64,000 bases of DNA from Methanocaldococcus sp. 16A (GTDB lineage: Archaea > AGJL01 > Methanococci > Methanococcales > Methanocaldococcaceae). Under the pieces are notes generated by a model that was given only the letters and a program-made list of their open reading frames with translations, did not search any database and had not been told where the DNA came from. The stretch's first letter is position 1. Each line of letters starts with the position of its first letter. This document shows positions 35,753-46,770 of this stretch, one piece after another. The position numbers were made by a program, and so were the translations under genes. The stretch lies in NCBI GenBank assembly GCA_049860595.1, contig CP187551.1. The stretch is one strand, 5' to 3'.

Positions 35753-36985
35753 ATGAAAGGAAAGTGTGTTATATTTATTATAGATGGGTTAGGAGATAGA
35801 CCAAACGAGAGAGGATTAACTCCTTTAAAAGAGGCGAAGACTCCAACAATGGATAGAATTGCTAAAGAAGGAATTTGTGGATTAATGAATGCCATAGATA
35901 TTGGTGTAAGACCGGGAAGTGATACAGCTCACTTAGCTATTTTGGGCTACAATCCTTACGAGGTTTATACTGGTAGGGGGCCATTAGAAGCTTATGGTGT
36001 TGGTTTAGATTTAAAAGAAGGAGATGTAGCATTTAGATGTAATTTTGCTACTGTTGATGAGAACTTTGTTGTTTTAGATAGAAGAGCTGGAAGAATAAGT
36101 CCAGAAGAAGCTAAAGAGTTAGAAAAGGAGATTGATGGTTTAGAGATTGATGGAGTTAAAATTATTTTTAAATCTTCAAAAGGATATAGAGGAGCTTTAG
36201 TTTTGAGAGGAGAAGGTTTGTCATGCAGAGTTAGTGATGGAGACCCGCATGAAGAAGGAGTTAAAGTTAGCGAGATAAAGCCATTAGATGATTCAGAAGA
36301 AGCGAAAAGAACTGCTAACATCTTAAACAAATTATTAAAAATTGTTTATGAAAAACTAAATAATCATCCTATAAATGAAGAAAGAAGGAAAAAAGGATTA
36401 CCACCAGCTAACATGATATTACCAAGAGGTGCCGGAGTAGTTCCAAAGATAGAGAAGTTCTCTAAAAGATACAATATGAGAGGAGCTTGCATCTGTGGAA
36501 CTGGACTAATAAAAGGGATGGCTAAAATGATTGGTTTAGATGTTATAGAAGTTGAAGGAGCTACAGGAACACCAAAAACAAACTTTATGGGCAAAGCAAA
36601 GGCATTGATTGAAGCATTAAAAGAATATGATTTCGTCTTAGTGAATGTTAAAGGAGCTGATGAAGCAAGCCATGATGGCAAATATGAACTTAAAAAAGAG
36701 GTTTTAGAAAAAATAGATGAGATGCTTTCCTATGTATTTGAGCATATTAACAAAGATGATGTTTACTTTGTATTAACTGGAGACCATTCAACACCAATAG
36801 AGGTAAAAGACCACTCAGCAGACCCAGTTCCAATAGTTATTTGGGGAAAGAGTGTTAGAGTTGATGATGTTACAGAATTTAATGAATTCAGCTGTGCAAA
36901 AGGAGCTTTGCATTGGATTAAAGGAGAGCATGTAATGAAGATTTTATTAGATTTAACTGGAAGAAATGAGAAATTTGGTGCATAA
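35753..36985 (+). CDS. apgM: 2,3-bisphosphoglycerate-independent phosphoglycerate mutase
   Basis: IIDGLGD, PGSDTAH, YTGRG, DEASHDG, TGDHSTP. Confidence 0.95.
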   Translation: MKGKCVIFIIDGLGDRPNERGLTPLKEAKTPTMDRIAKEGICGLMNAIDIGVRPGSDTAHLAILGYNPYEVYTGRGPLEAYGVGLDLKEGDVAFRCNFATVDENFVVLDRRAGRISPEEAKELEKEIDGLEIDGVKIIFKSSKGYRGALVLRGEGLSCRVSDGDPHEEGVKVSEIKPLDDSEEAKRTANILNKLLKIVYEKLNNHPINEERRKKGLPPANMILPRGAGVVPKIEKFSKRYNMRGACICGTGLIKGMAKMIGLDVIEVEGATGTPKTNFMGKAKALIEALKEYDFVLVNVKGADEASHDGKYELKKEVLEKIDEMLSYVFEHINKDDVYFVLTGDHSTPIEVKDHSADPVPIVIWGKSVRVDDVTEFNEFSCAKGALHWIKGEHVMKILLDLTGRNEKFGA

Positions 36986-37048
36986 CTACTCTCTATGAGA
37001 GCTTTCTACATCTTAGAGAATATTAGAATAGATAATAGATAAAGTAGT

Positions 37049-37456
37049 TTATAATAAAATTTTACTTTCTCCATTTTTTAATAACAAAACGTTTCCTCCA
37101 AAAGCTCGTTTAAACAGCTCTGAATTTTCAGTATGCACTGGAATTATATAATCTGGGTCTATCCTCTTTATAATCTTCCCCAAATCCTCTTTTGAAACAT
37201 GTCCAGATGTGTGTAGAGTTTTATCAAAAATTGGTTTTCCATTCTCATCAACTTTAAAACCATGAATTTCAAAGTTAAAGTGTTTAACCCAATTACACAA
37301 TCTCAAAAAGCTGAACTCTTGTTCTTCTCCAAATGCTTCACTTGAAGAGTAAATATAAACTCCTCCATTTGGATTAATAATCTAATAAATGAGGCATGTC
37401 ATAGAATGAAAAGCAAAGAATATAGCTTTCTTGATTGTTTCTAATATCAAATGGTA
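37049..37456 (-). pseudogene. MBL-fold/beta-CASP (RNase J-like) hydrolase, 3' fragment with frameshift
   Basis: HTSGH, IIPVHTE; upstream FSFYDMPHLLD is out of frame with INPNGGVYIYSSSE; N-terminus missing. Confidence 0.75.
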
Positions 37457-38196
37457 AATGATATTGAAAAAATTAGAGGAGGAGTTCATATAGCAGTTCA
37501 AGGATATGAAGTAGATAGAATTACTGAAATTCCAATATTAAGAAGAGCTGAGAAGGTTTATTTAATATGTATGCCTGAAAACATAGATTCTGAATTATGT
37601 AATTCCTAAAAAACTCTTAGATGATTTATCTGATAAAGAGAAAGAAGAGCTAAAAAAAAGAATATTTACATAAATATAATTGTTCATATCTTCCAAGAAG
37701 TTTTGGACTTAATGAAGTTAAGATAATTTATCCTTTTGAAGTAACTTTACCAAGAGAAGAGTTATTAATATTCTTAAAATTTATTGGAAGAGCAGAGAAT
37801 AGGGGTTTAACTATAAAAGAGCTTAGCATTCTAACAAAAGAGGAATTCTTAAATGTAGATTTAAATAATGAAGAAAGTATAAAGAAGTTGATAGAATCCA
37901 CAGAAGATAGTACATCTATTAGTAAGAATAAGTTAGAGAATATGAAAAATACTATTATGAAATTAAAAGAACTTGTTGGTAGTGATATTGAAGATTTAAA
38001 AAAGATTATCAATTGGAGAAAAATTAGTAAAAGTTCAAATAAATCATCAAAACATAATAATTTAGTTTGGATTAATAAAAATGTTGTTGAAAAATTATTA
38101 GAACTTGAATTAATTGAAAAACCTGAAAAAATAGGTAGGTCAAAATATGTAAAAATTAGTGAAAAAGGAAAAATATTATTAAACTATGTTGGATAA
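37451..38196 (+). pseudogene. CARF-like (DUF6293/HFX_2341-type) wHTH regulator, disrupted
   Basis: VHIAVQGYEVDRITEIPILRRAEKVYLI then stop; further fragments YVIPKK and PFEVTLPREE lead into a wHTH end KLLELELIE...KISEKGK. Confidence 0.6.
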
Positions 38197-38207
38197 GTGG
38201 TGGAATT

Positions 38208-39425
38208 ATGTATCTAACTAAAGAAGAAGAGAAAATATTAGATGGAGAGTATGGAGAGGCTTTAAGAAGATGTATGAATTTGTTAGTGTCTTTGGGAGAC
38301 ATTTATGGAGCTGAAAAATTAATTCCAATAAACTCAGCTCAAATTTCAGGAGTTTCATACAAAACCATTGGAGATATTGGATTAGAATTTTTAGAAGATT
38401 TTGCTAAAGAAAATGTTAAAGTTAAAGTTCATTCTACTCTAAATCCTGCTGGAATGGATTTAGATATATGGAAAGAGCTTAGAATAGAAGAGGAATTTGC
38501 CAAAAAGCAGTTAAAAATAATAGAGGCATTTAAAAAAATGGGAGTTGAAATTGGATGTACTTGCACACCTTACTTAGTTGGAAATCTTCCAAAATTTGGA
38601 GAGCATATAAGTTGGGCTGAAAGTTCAGCTGTGAGTTTTGCAAACTCTGTTTTAGGAGCTAAGACAAATAGAGAAGGAGGACCGTCTGCATTAGCATCAG
38701 CAATAATTGGAAAAACACCATATTATGGCTATCACTTAGATGAAAATAGAAAAGCAACACATATCATTGAATTAGATAATCAATTAATATCTAACTTTAA
38801 ATTTGGAGAGAGTTTTTATGGAGCTTTAGGTTATTTAGTTGGAAAGATTGTAAAAAATGGAGTGCCATATTTTGAAAATCTATATAAATTGCTTCCAAAT
38901 AATGATGATTTAAAATCTTTAGGGGCTGCAATGGCGGCAAGTGGAGGAGTAGCTTTATATCATGCAAAACATTTAACAGCTGAGTGTAAGGTTAAGGAAG
39001 TTATTGATGATAAAGTTGAGAAAATATCTATTGGAGTTGATGAGATAATTGAAGCTTATGAAAAATTAAATACAACAAATGAAGAACCAGATTTAATCTG
39101 TGTTGGCTGTCCTCACTGCAGTTTAATGGAAATTAAAAAAATAGCAGAGATTTTAAAAGATAAAAAATTAGATGCTGATTTATGGGTTTGTTGCTCTTTA
39201 CATATTAAAGCAATAGCAGATAGAATGGGATATTCTAAAATCATTGAAAAAGCTGGAGGAAAAATAATTAAAGATACTTGTATGGTAGTTTCACCAATAG
39301 AAGATTTAGGATATAAAAAAGTAGCAACAAATTCAGGTAAAGCAGCAGTATATTTGCCTAATTTTTGTAAAAGTGAGGTAATTTTTGGAGATATTGTTGA
39401 GATAGTTAAAAATAATGTAAAATAA
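38208..39425 (+). CDS. aconitase X catalytic subunit (probable phosphomevalonate dehydratase large subunit)
   Basis: MYLTKEEE, CTCTPY, WAESSA, TNREGG, GCPHCS, DTCMVV, TNSGK. Confidence 0.88.
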   Translation: MYLTKEEEKILDGEYGEALRRCMNLLVSLGDIYGAEKLIPINSAQISGVSYKTIGDIGLEFLEDFAKENVKVKVHSTLNPAGMDLDIWKELRIEEEFAKKQLKIIEAFKKMGVEIGCTCTPYLVGNLPKFGEHISWAESSAVSFANSVLGAKTNREGGPSALASAIIGKTPYYGYHLDENRKATHIIELDNQLISNFKFGESFYGALGYLVGKIVKNGVPYFENLYKLLPNNDDLKSLGAAMAASGGVALYHAKHLTAECKVKEVIDDKVEKISIGVDEIIEAYEKLNTTNEEPDLICVGCPHCSLMEIKKIAEILKDKKLDADLWVCCSLHIKAIADRMGYSKIIEKAGGKIIKDTCMVVSPIEDLGYKKVATNSGKAAVYLPNFCKSEVIFGDIVEIVKNNVK

Positions 39426-39456
39426 TTAAAAATAAGTGAGAATAGTAAAAAAATTA

Positions 39457-39493
39457 GGGAATATACTTGTATAGAGATTCGCCCTCTCTATGG
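39457..39493 (+). repeat. degenerate hairpin module B
   Basis: GGGAATATACTTGTATAGAGATTCGCCCTCTCTATG resembles 6441-6477. Confidence 0.5.
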
Positions 39494-39503
39494 AGTGGAG
39501 ATA

Positions 39504-39527
39504 ATGCTAAATCCAATAATTTTATTT
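39504..39527 (+). other. orphan duplicate of the cobD 5' end (MLNPIILF)
   Basis: ATGCTAAATCCAATAATTTTATTT vs ATGTTAAATCCGATAATTCTATTT at 39587; 3 differences, all synonymous. Confidence 0.85.
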
Positions 39528-39555
39528 GAACCTTTTAAAAAAAGGTTCATCAAAA
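39527..39555 (-). repeat. palindrome module A
   Basis: Reverse complement TTTTGATGAACCTTTTTTTAAAAGGTTCA matches 59900-59928 except one compensatory pair. Confidence 0.85.
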
Positions 39556-39586
39556 TCACCTTAGATAGTTTTATAAGTGTGAAATT

Positions 39587-40510
39587 ATGTTAAATCCGAT
39601 AATTCTATTTTTAACTGTTATCTTTGATAGAATTATTGGAGAACTGCCAGAGAAAATTCATCCAACGGTTTGGATAGGGAATTTAATAGCTTTTTTAGAG
39701 AATATATTTAAATCTACAAATTGTAAAAATATATATAGAGATTTTTTATTTGGCATCTTAACTACAACTATAACAATAGGAGTTGTAGGAATTATATCAA
39801 TTTTTTTAGAAAAATTTATCTTATTATTGCCATTTCCTTTAAATTATCTTATCTATGCCTTTGTTTTATCAACAACCATTGGATACAAATCATTATTTGA
39901 GTTCTGCAGAAAGCCAATTGAATATATTAAAAATAAAGATATAGAGAAAGCGAGGGAAGCTGTTCAACACATTGTTAGCAGAGATGCATCAAAATTGGAT
40001 GAAGAGCATATACTATCAGCAGCAGTAGAGAGTTTGTCTGAAAACATAACTGATAGCATAATAGGGGCTTTATTCTATGCTATTATTTTTGGATTGCCTG
40101 GAGCTTTTGTATATAGAGCAATAAATACCTTAGATGCAATGATTGGCTATAAAAATGAAAAATATTTATGGTATGGAAAATTAGCAGCAAGATTAGATGA
40201 TATTGTCAATTTTATTCCATCAAGGATAGCGGGGATTTTGCTAATTATTGCTTCCCCATTTTATAAAGGAAATATCAAGAGAGCAATATATGGATTTTTA
40301 GAGGAAGCTAATAGAGTACCTTCACCAAATTCTGGATATACAATGGCTACATTAGCAAATGCTTTAAATATAACATTAGAAAAGATTGGATATTATAAAC
40401 TTGGTAGTGGAAAGATAGATGTTAAAAAATCTTTAAATGCATTTAAGGCCGTTGATTGTGTAGTAATTATATTTTTAATAATTTACAGTTTAATCTGGTG
40501 GGTATTATGA
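39587..40510 (+). CDS. cobD: adenosylcobinamide-phosphate synthase CbiB/CobD
   Basis: GE..HPTVWIG, VSRD, ESLSEN..D, YRAINTLDAMIGY, SPNSG. Confidence 0.93.
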   Translation: MLNPIILFLTVIFDRIIGELPEKIHPTVWIGNLIAFLENIFKSTNCKNIYRDFLFGILTTTITIGVVGIISIFLEKFILLLPFPLNYLIYAFVLSTTIGYKSLFEFCRKPIEYIKNKDIEKAREAVQHIVSRDASKLDEEHILSAAVESLSENITDSIIGALFYAIIFGLPGAFVYRAINTLDAMIGYKNEKYLWYGKLAARLDDIVNFIPSRIAGILLIIASPFYKGNIKRAIYGFLEEANRVPSPNSGYTMATLANALNITLEKIGYYKLGSGKIDVKKSLNAFKAVDCVVIIFLIIYSLIWWVL

Positions 40511-41580
40511 TGAACAAATCTCATTATCCATCAGAAGTTCCAGATGATAGATTTGAGGTTTTAAATAATCTTAAAGATTGTCAAAAGCCTATTAAAATTC
40601 TATTACTTGGAGGGGTTGATAGTGGCAAAACTACTCTAACTACTTTTTTAGCTAATGAACTTTTAAATTATGGCTTTAAAGTGTCTATAATTGATTGTGA
40701 TATTGGACAAAAAAGTATTTTACCTCCAGCAACTATAAGCTTATCATTTCCAGAAACAAATTTTAGCAATTTGTATGAAATTAAACCTTATAAAAGTTAT
40801 TTTGTTGGTTCAACAGCTCCAATTCAATTTTTTGGAGAGATGGTTGTAGGAACTAAGTTGCTGTGTGATTATGCCAAGGATAAGGCTGATGTTGTTATAG
40901 TTGATACCACTGGGTTGATATCAGGTTCTGGAGCTGATTTAAAGAGGATGAAAATAGAGATGATTAAGCCAGATATTATAATAGCATTGCAAAAAAGAAA
41001 TGAACTTAGACAGATATTAAAGCCCTTTGAAGATAAAATTAAGGTTTTTTACTTAAAAGTTTATGAAAATGCAAAATCATTTAGTAGGGAAGAGAGGAAA
41101 GAAATTAGAGCAGAAAAATGGAAAGAATACTTCAAAAACTCAAAAATTTATAATATTGGTTTTAATGATGTAGTTATTAGTGGAACTAAGATATTTCAAG
41201 GAGAGAAGATTTTGGAAGATGAAAAATACCTATTAGAATCACTTTTTAAATGGAAAATACTCTATGGAAGTAAATGTGAGGGAAGATATACAATAGTAAA
41301 AAGAGATTTGGTAAATATGCCAAGACAGGTTGATAAAAACATTCTATACTATATTGAGCCAGAAAGATTTAACAACTTAATAGTTGGATTGATTGATGAA
41401 GAGGGCTTTTGCATTGGATTGGGTATTTTAAAAGCTATTGATTTTGAGAATGAAACATTAGAGATTATATCACCAATAAATGAAGATGAAATTAAAAATC
41501 TTAAAGAAATAAGGTTTGGAAGAATAAAAGTTAATGAAAATGGGGAAGAACTTGGTTTATTAGATAGAGATTTAATATAG
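40507..41580 (+). CDS. Clp1/Grc3-like polynucleotide 5'-kinase
   Basis: GGVDSGKTT, DCDIGQ, DTTG, R.ER...R motif. Confidence 0.88.
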   Translation: MMNKSHYPSEVPDDRFEVLNNLKDCQKPIKILLLGGVDSGKTTLTTFLANELLNYGFKVSIIDCDIGQKSILPPATISLSFPETNFSNLYEIKPYKSYFVGSTAPIQFFGEMVVGTKLLCDYAKDKADVVIVDTTGLISGSGADLKRMKIEMIKPDIIIALQKRNELRQILKPFEDKIKVFYLKVYENAKSFSREERKEIRAEKWKEYFKNSKIYNIGFNDVVISGTKIFQGEKILEDEKYLLESLFKWKILYGSKCEGRYTIVKRDLVNMPRQVDKNILYYIEPERFNNLIVGLIDEEGFCIGLGILKAIDFENETLEIISPINEDEIKNLKEIRFGRIKVNENGEELGLLDRDLI

Positions 41581-41669
41581 GACTTTTGCAGTTTATATAA
41601 TTAATAAGAAACTTCGCATCTTTAGGTGTCTATATTCATATCAAAAATCATTCCTACGAAAGTCCTATA
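41576..41669. repeat. MJRE-like element, copy 4 (left arm supplies the Clp1 stop codon)
   Basis: TATAGGACTTTTGCAG ... CTACGAAAGTCCTATA. Confidence 0.88.
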
Positions 41670-41695
41670 ATATAATGTTTATAGATGTGAGATAT

Positions 41696-41938
41696 ATGCT
41701 TAAAGAATTATTAAATAAAATCTTTTGGCATCCTAAGTATAAAAAAGAAGATTTTGAAGTTATTATATTGCATAGAGGAGCTGAAGAAAATAAAAAAATC
41801 ATTCCTTTGGATGATGTTGAACTTAAAGGGAACTATCTGATATATTTTGATACCTATATTCCACTACATAGAATATTAGAGATTAGAAATAATAAGACTG
41901 GTGAAATTTTGTATAAGAAATTAGGTTTTCAAAAATAA
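41696..41938 (+). CDS. DUF504 / MJ1316-type RNA repair domain protein
   Basis: LNKIFWHP, HRGA, IPLHRILEI. Confidence 0.85.
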   Translation: MLKELLNKIFWHPKYKKEDFEVIILHRGAEENKKIIPLDDVELKGNYLIYFDTYIPLHRILEIRNNKTGEILYKKLGFQK

Positions 41939-43120
41939 CAACAACAAACCTGAAAATATTGCTAAGAAACTTCCATATAAAAATGTTATTTCTGGATTTA
42001 TTTTCCATAGATAACCAGCTATCAAACTTGCAGGTAAGCTCGTTAATCCTACTACAGTATAAAACAGCCCCAAAGCTGTAGCTCTAATATCTTCTGACGA
42101 TAAATCAGATACATAAGCTTTCTGATTTCCAGCAAATGAGGCATAGGCAATTCCATATAAAGCAAACAACAATATTAAGCTTTTTTGAGACATAAAGTAA
42201 GCAAATCCTAAAGAAGTAATTCCATAAAGTATATATCCTAACGTTAAAACACTTTTTCTTCCAATTTTGTCTGATAAAATTCCAAATGGGATTGAAAATG
42301 TGGCATAAAAGATGTTATATAAAATATAAAGAGCTATAGGAATTACAATAGCCATCTTCTCATCCACTATCATTAAAAATTCTTGAGCTCTTAAAATATA
42401 AAACATATAGCTAAAATTACTTAAAGTAAATATGGCTGAGATTAGAATAAATAGCTTTAACTCTTTTGACAAGTTTTTAATTCCAACTCTAAATGTTATT
42501 TTGTTATTATTATTGGAAACTATCTTTTTTTCTTTAACAAAGTATAAAGGAATTACAGCGAGAAATCCAATAACTGCTGCTATTAAAATTATCTGATTAA
42601 ATTTATACTGGAAAAATAATATACACAATAGCGAAATAGTAGAGCCCAATATAGCTCCTGCAGTATCAAAAGCTCTCTGTATTCCAAAACCTTTACCCAA
42701 AGTTTTAGGCATACTTTCAGATATTATTGCATCTCTTGGGGCAGTTCTTATTCCTTTTCCCATTCTTTCAAGGGATGAAAATATAATTGCCGATAACCAG
42801 CTTTTTGATAAACCTAATAGCAGTTTAAACATTGAAGATGTTAAGTAACCTAAAATGACAAATATCTTTCTTTTTCTTACTTTATCTGAATAATAACCAA
42901 TTAAAACCATCAAAATATTTGAGATAAATTCCCTCAGACCTCCAACTAAACCAATTGATAAACTTCCCCCTCCAAAACTTGTAATAAGCATTGGCAAAAT
43001 TGGCATTATCATCTCACTACTCATATCATTCAAAAAGCTTGTAAATCCTAATAAATAGACATTTTTAGATAATTCCTTATTATTCTTTTGTAAATTTTGT
43101 TTTTCCACATTTCTCACCAT
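41921..43120 (-). CDS. MFS transporter
   Basis: DMSSEM, ERMGKGIRTAPRDA, GILSDKIGRK. Confidence 0.92.
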   Translation of the reverse strand: MVRNVEKQNLQKNNKELSKNVYLLGFTSFLNDMSSEMIMPILPMLITSFGGGSLSIGLVGGLREFISNILMVLIGYYSDKVRKRKIFVILGYLTSSMFKLLLGLSKSWLSAIIFSSLERMGKGIRTAPRDAIISESMPKTLGKGFGIQRAFDTAGAILGSTISLLCILFFQYKFNQIILIAAVIGFLAVIPLYFVKEKKIVSNNNNKITFRVGIKNLSKELKLFILISAIFTLSNFSYMFYILRAQEFLMIVDEKMAIVIPIALYILYNIFYATFSIPFGILSDKIGRKSVLTLGYILYGITSLGFAYFMSQKSLILLFALYGIAYASFAGNQKAYVSDLSSEDIRATALGLFYTVVGLTSLPASLIAGYLWKINPEITFLYGSFLAIFSGLLLLFLKT

Positions 43121-43141
43121 AAAATAATGGAAAAGAAGTTA

Positions 43142-43171
43142 AATAGAATTTTCTCAATTTATATGCTTAAT
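43142..43171. repeat. degenerate MJRE-like left arm
   Basis: AATAGAATTTTCTCAATTTATATGCTTAAT vs copy 3 AATAGGACTTTCGCAGTTTATATGCTTAAT. Confidence 0.55.
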
Positions 43172-43229
43172 TATAAAGATTTTATTTCTATTTCTACAAA
43201 AATTTTATTAAAAAATAGTAATGGCTAAG

Positions 43230-43278
43230 TAATAGGACTCTCGCAGTTTATACATTTATTTTTGTGAGAGTCCTATTA
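43230..43278. repeat. MJRE-like element, copy 5 (internally deleted)
   Basis: TAATAGGACTCTCGCA ... TGTGAGAGTCCTATTA. Confidence 0.88.
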
Positions 43279-45081
43279 AGTAGAAACTTTTCTTGCAATG
43301 TATCCGCCTACAAACCCTATCAATCCTCCAACTATTGCAGATATGATGACAGCAATACCGTTATTTTGTTTTGTAGCAGTTTCTTCATTAGCACTAACAA
43401 TATTCTCATTTGTATTAATTATATTAATTTCATTCTCAAAACTTTCTTTAGTTCCTTTATTATCTTTATTCAACTCTTTTACCACATCTATATCCATTTG
43501 GGCATAGTAAGAGCTATATTTATAGTACATAATCTTTGATATGTTGTCATCTAAGCTATTTGCATATTCATAATAACCAAGGGCTGATATTGGAGTTATT
43601 CCTAAGTTTTCAGCCAAGTTTATTTTATTTCTTGAATATTTTTTTAAATATTCTATATCTCCAAATATAACTAATGGTATCTCTGCTTTTACGCAAGTGT
43701 CTATGCTTTTAGCTATTGCCAATAGATAATCTTTTTGATTATAAGCTTTTTTTGCAGATTCTAAATCATTTTCAAGCTCTCCAGTAACTAAGTTAGGATA
43801 TAATGTCTCTACATAAGTTGAAATTGTTTCAGCATTATCTAAATACTGCTGAGCTAAAGATTTTAATTTAGATTCAGATATTCTTTCACTTTCATTGTTT
43901 TCATATAAAGAAACCCACCACACTGCACTATCTCCTCTTAACTTTGCAAAGCTACCGTATTTTATTGCATCATCATAATGCCCTAAGTAATAGGATTTCC
44001 AAGCTTTGTCTAAGAGCTCTTCAGCTTCAGCAATTCTAACCCTTCCTGCCAGTATCTCTTCAAAGTTATCTACAGTTAAATTTTTTGAATAAACTACTTC
44101 TTTATCATAGTTTATCTTATTTTGAACATTTAAGAGGTAATTTTTTATATCTTCTTCACCAGTTAAGTATTTTAAGGTGTGTTCAATAGTTTCAAGTTTA
44201 ATTAATGCATTAAATGCTGAACATGTTGCAGAATAATATTTGTTATTAATATATTCTTGATTAGCTTTCTCTAATAAGGTTTTTGAAGCTGTTAGCTCAG
44301 ACAACAACATTTTTTGATATTCATAACTAACATACACATCCTCTAATTCTTTGGATACATTTTCATACTTTTTATTGGCTATTTTTAAGACTTCTTCACT
44401 TAATTGTTTCATTATTTTTTGGTATTTATCCTCAATAATAGGATTTTTAGGATATTCTTTCATCAAAATTTTTTTATTTGTAAAGTAAGGAATTGCATCA
44501 TAAATACTTCCAACTTCTATAACCTTAATCCCCAATTTTTTACCAAATTCTACTGCATCTACTTTATTACCATCAACTTCAATATACCTCTGCCCTTTTG
44601 GTATTAGCATAATTGTACAGTTTGCTTTTTTAGCTGCTTCTATTTTTTCCAAAATTCCTCCAACAGGTCCTATACTACCATCCGGATTTATTGCACCAGT
44701 CATCATAACATTTCTATTTAAAGTCCAATTCATTAATGCACAGATAATCCCTATAGTCATTGTTCCTCCTGCTGATGGCCCTCCAACAACTGGAACATCA
44801 CTTCTAACAATAATGTAGGTATTGTATTTGTTTATGTCTTTTCCTGTTACTTCTCCTGCCACTCTCGCAGCGATTCTTGCAGAGCCCTGCATGTCTAATT
44901 CAGTTAAAGGCATAGTATCCATGAAAACGTGCCCATCTCCTTCAGTAACATTTATTTGTATATTTATTGGAACCCCCACATATCCTACATCTGTTAAAGA
45001 CACTGCTGGAGCTTTTATAATTACTGCAAAAGCTGAATTTAAAAGAAATGTTATTAACAGCAAAGCCAGCATTTTTTTCAT
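43276..45081 (-). CDS. archaeal secreted Lon-like (S16) serine protease
   Basis: Signal peptide, [27 protein letters not shown]-terminal TM anchor. Confidence 0.88.
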   Translation of the reverse strand: MKKMLALLLITFLLNSAFAVIIKAPAVSLTDVGYVGVPINIQINVTEGDGHVFMDTMPLTELDMQGSARIAARVAGEVTGKDINKYNTYIIVRSDVPVVGGPSAGGTMTIGIICALMNWTLNRNVMMTGAINPDGSIGPVGGILEKIEAAKKANCTIMLIPKGQRYIEVDGNKVDAVEFGKKLGIKVIEVGSIYDAIPYFTNKKILMKEYPKNPIIEDKYQKIMKQLSEEVLKIANKKYENVSKELEDVYVSYEYQKMLLSELTASKTLLEKANQEYINNKYYSATCSAFNALIKLETIEHTLKYLTGEEDIKNYLLNVQNKINYDKEVVYSKNLTVDNFEEILAGRVRIAEAEELLDKAWKSYYLGHYDDAIKYGSFAKLRGDSAVWWVSLYENNESERISESKLKSLAQQYLDNAETISTYVETLYPNLVTGELENDLESAKKAYNQKDYLLAIAKSIDTCVKAEIPLVIFGDIEYLKKYSRNKINLAENLGITPISALGYYEYANSLDDNISKIMYYKYSSYYAQMDIDVVKELNKDNKGTKESFENEINIINTNENIVSANEETATKQNNGIAVIISAIVGGLIGFVGGYIARKVST

Positions 45082-45160
45082 AATCTCCCTCCAAATATTC
45101 ATAAAACTACATTAACAACATTAATACATAAATAATTAACCTTCCCATAAATAAAAATAG

Positions 45161-45271
45161 TATAGGACTTTCACAGTATATGTATTAAATTTGGAACTTT
45201 GACACTTTTAGGTATCTATATTCATAACATAAAATATAGAAATATAGTTTATTTCTCGTGAAAGTCCTATA
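45161..45271. repeat. MJRE-like element, copy 6
   Basis: TATAGGACTTTCAC ... GTGAAAGTCCTATA. Confidence 0.88.
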
Positions 45272-45294
45272 GTAAAGAAAATGTAGTGATGATT

Positions 45295-46754
45295 ATGGAA
45301 AGAGAAAGTTGGAGTACTAATTTGGGATTTATATTGGCAAGTGTTGGTTCCGCTATTGGATTAGGGAATATTTGGAGATTTGGATATATGGTTTATACAA
45401 ATGGTGGGGGGGCTTTTTTAATTCCTTATATAGTTGCTTTACTCTGTGTGTAGGGATTCTATTAATGGTTCTTGAATTTGCTATTGGGCATTATACAAAA
45501 AAATCTGCACCTTTAGCTTTAGAAAAATTATATAAGGGTTCAGAATGGGCAGGATGGTTTGCAGTTATTTCAGGGTTTATTATAACAAGTTATTATGTAG
45601 TTATCATAGCTTGGTGTCTCTATTATTTGATAATTTTAGTTATCTATGGCTACCCATCTGACCCTAATACTTATTTTTTCCATAATATATTGCAAATATC
45701 ATCTGGTGTGGAGGATATTGGTGGAATTTCTTATGGAATATTGGCATCTACTTTATTAGTTTGGGGAATTGTAGCTTTAATTATAAGTGCTGGAGTTAAA
45801 AATGGATTGGAAAAAGCAAATAAGATAATGATACCTTTCCTTTTGTTTTTAGTGATTTTGTTAGTTTTAAACGCTTTAACTTTGCCAGGGGCTTTAACTG
45901 GGATTGAGTGGTATCTAACTCCTAATTTTTCAGCACTACTTGATTACAATGTATGGTTAAGTGCATTTTCACAAATATTCTTCAGTTTATCTTTAGGATT
46001 TGGTATTTTAATTGCCTATGCAAGCTATCTACCTAAAAAAAGTGACTTAACAATAAATGCATTTACAGTATCTCTATTAAACTGTGGTTTCTCATTTTTG
46101 ACAGGTTTTGCAGTATTTGGGACACTTGGATATATGAGCTACATAAGTGGAATTCCTTTAGATAAAGTTGTTTCTGAAGGAATAGGATTGGCGTTTGTTA
46201 CATTTCCAAAGGCATTATCTCTATTACCATTTGGAAGTAAGATATTTGGGATAATATTCTTCTTAGCTTTGGTTTTTGCTGGAATATCATCAGCTGTTTC
46301 AATTGTAGAAGCTAGTGTCTCAGCAATTATGGATAAGTTTTCATTAAGTAGAAAAAAAGCTCTGCTCTATGTTTTAGCTTTATTTGTTATTATTTCACCA
46401 ATATTTACAACTGGAGCTGGGCTGTATTATTTAGACATCATTGACCATTTTGCTTCAGGATATCTCCTCCCAATAGCTGCAATTTTAGAAATTATAGTTG
46501 CTATATGGTTATTTGGTGGAGATAAGATTAGAGAGTATGTCAATAAACTTTCAGAGATAAAGTTAGGAGTCTGGTGGAACTACTCAGTAGGAATTGTTTC
46601 ACCAATGATATTAGCAGCTGTTGTGTTGTTAGACGCTTCAAATATCATAACATCAGGTTATGGAGGCTATAAAACAATATATGTTATATTGGGGGCTTTA
46701 GTTATTCCATTAACGTTTGTTATAAGTGTTATACTTCAAAGATTAAAAAAATAG
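45295..46754 (+). pseudogene. sodium-dependent NSS/SNF transporter, frameshifted near 45445-45453
   Basis: [29 protein letters not shown] ends at TAG 45451 after TGTGTG; the remainder continues in ORF 45372-46754. Confidence 0.85.
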
Positions 46755-46770
46755 AGTAGAGGGATAAAGA

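Noticed and set aside
45372-45450. N-terminus [12 protein letters not shown] of the ORF-track NSS protein
   Set aside because: Wrong-frame artefact; the true N-terminus starts at 45295 in another frame.
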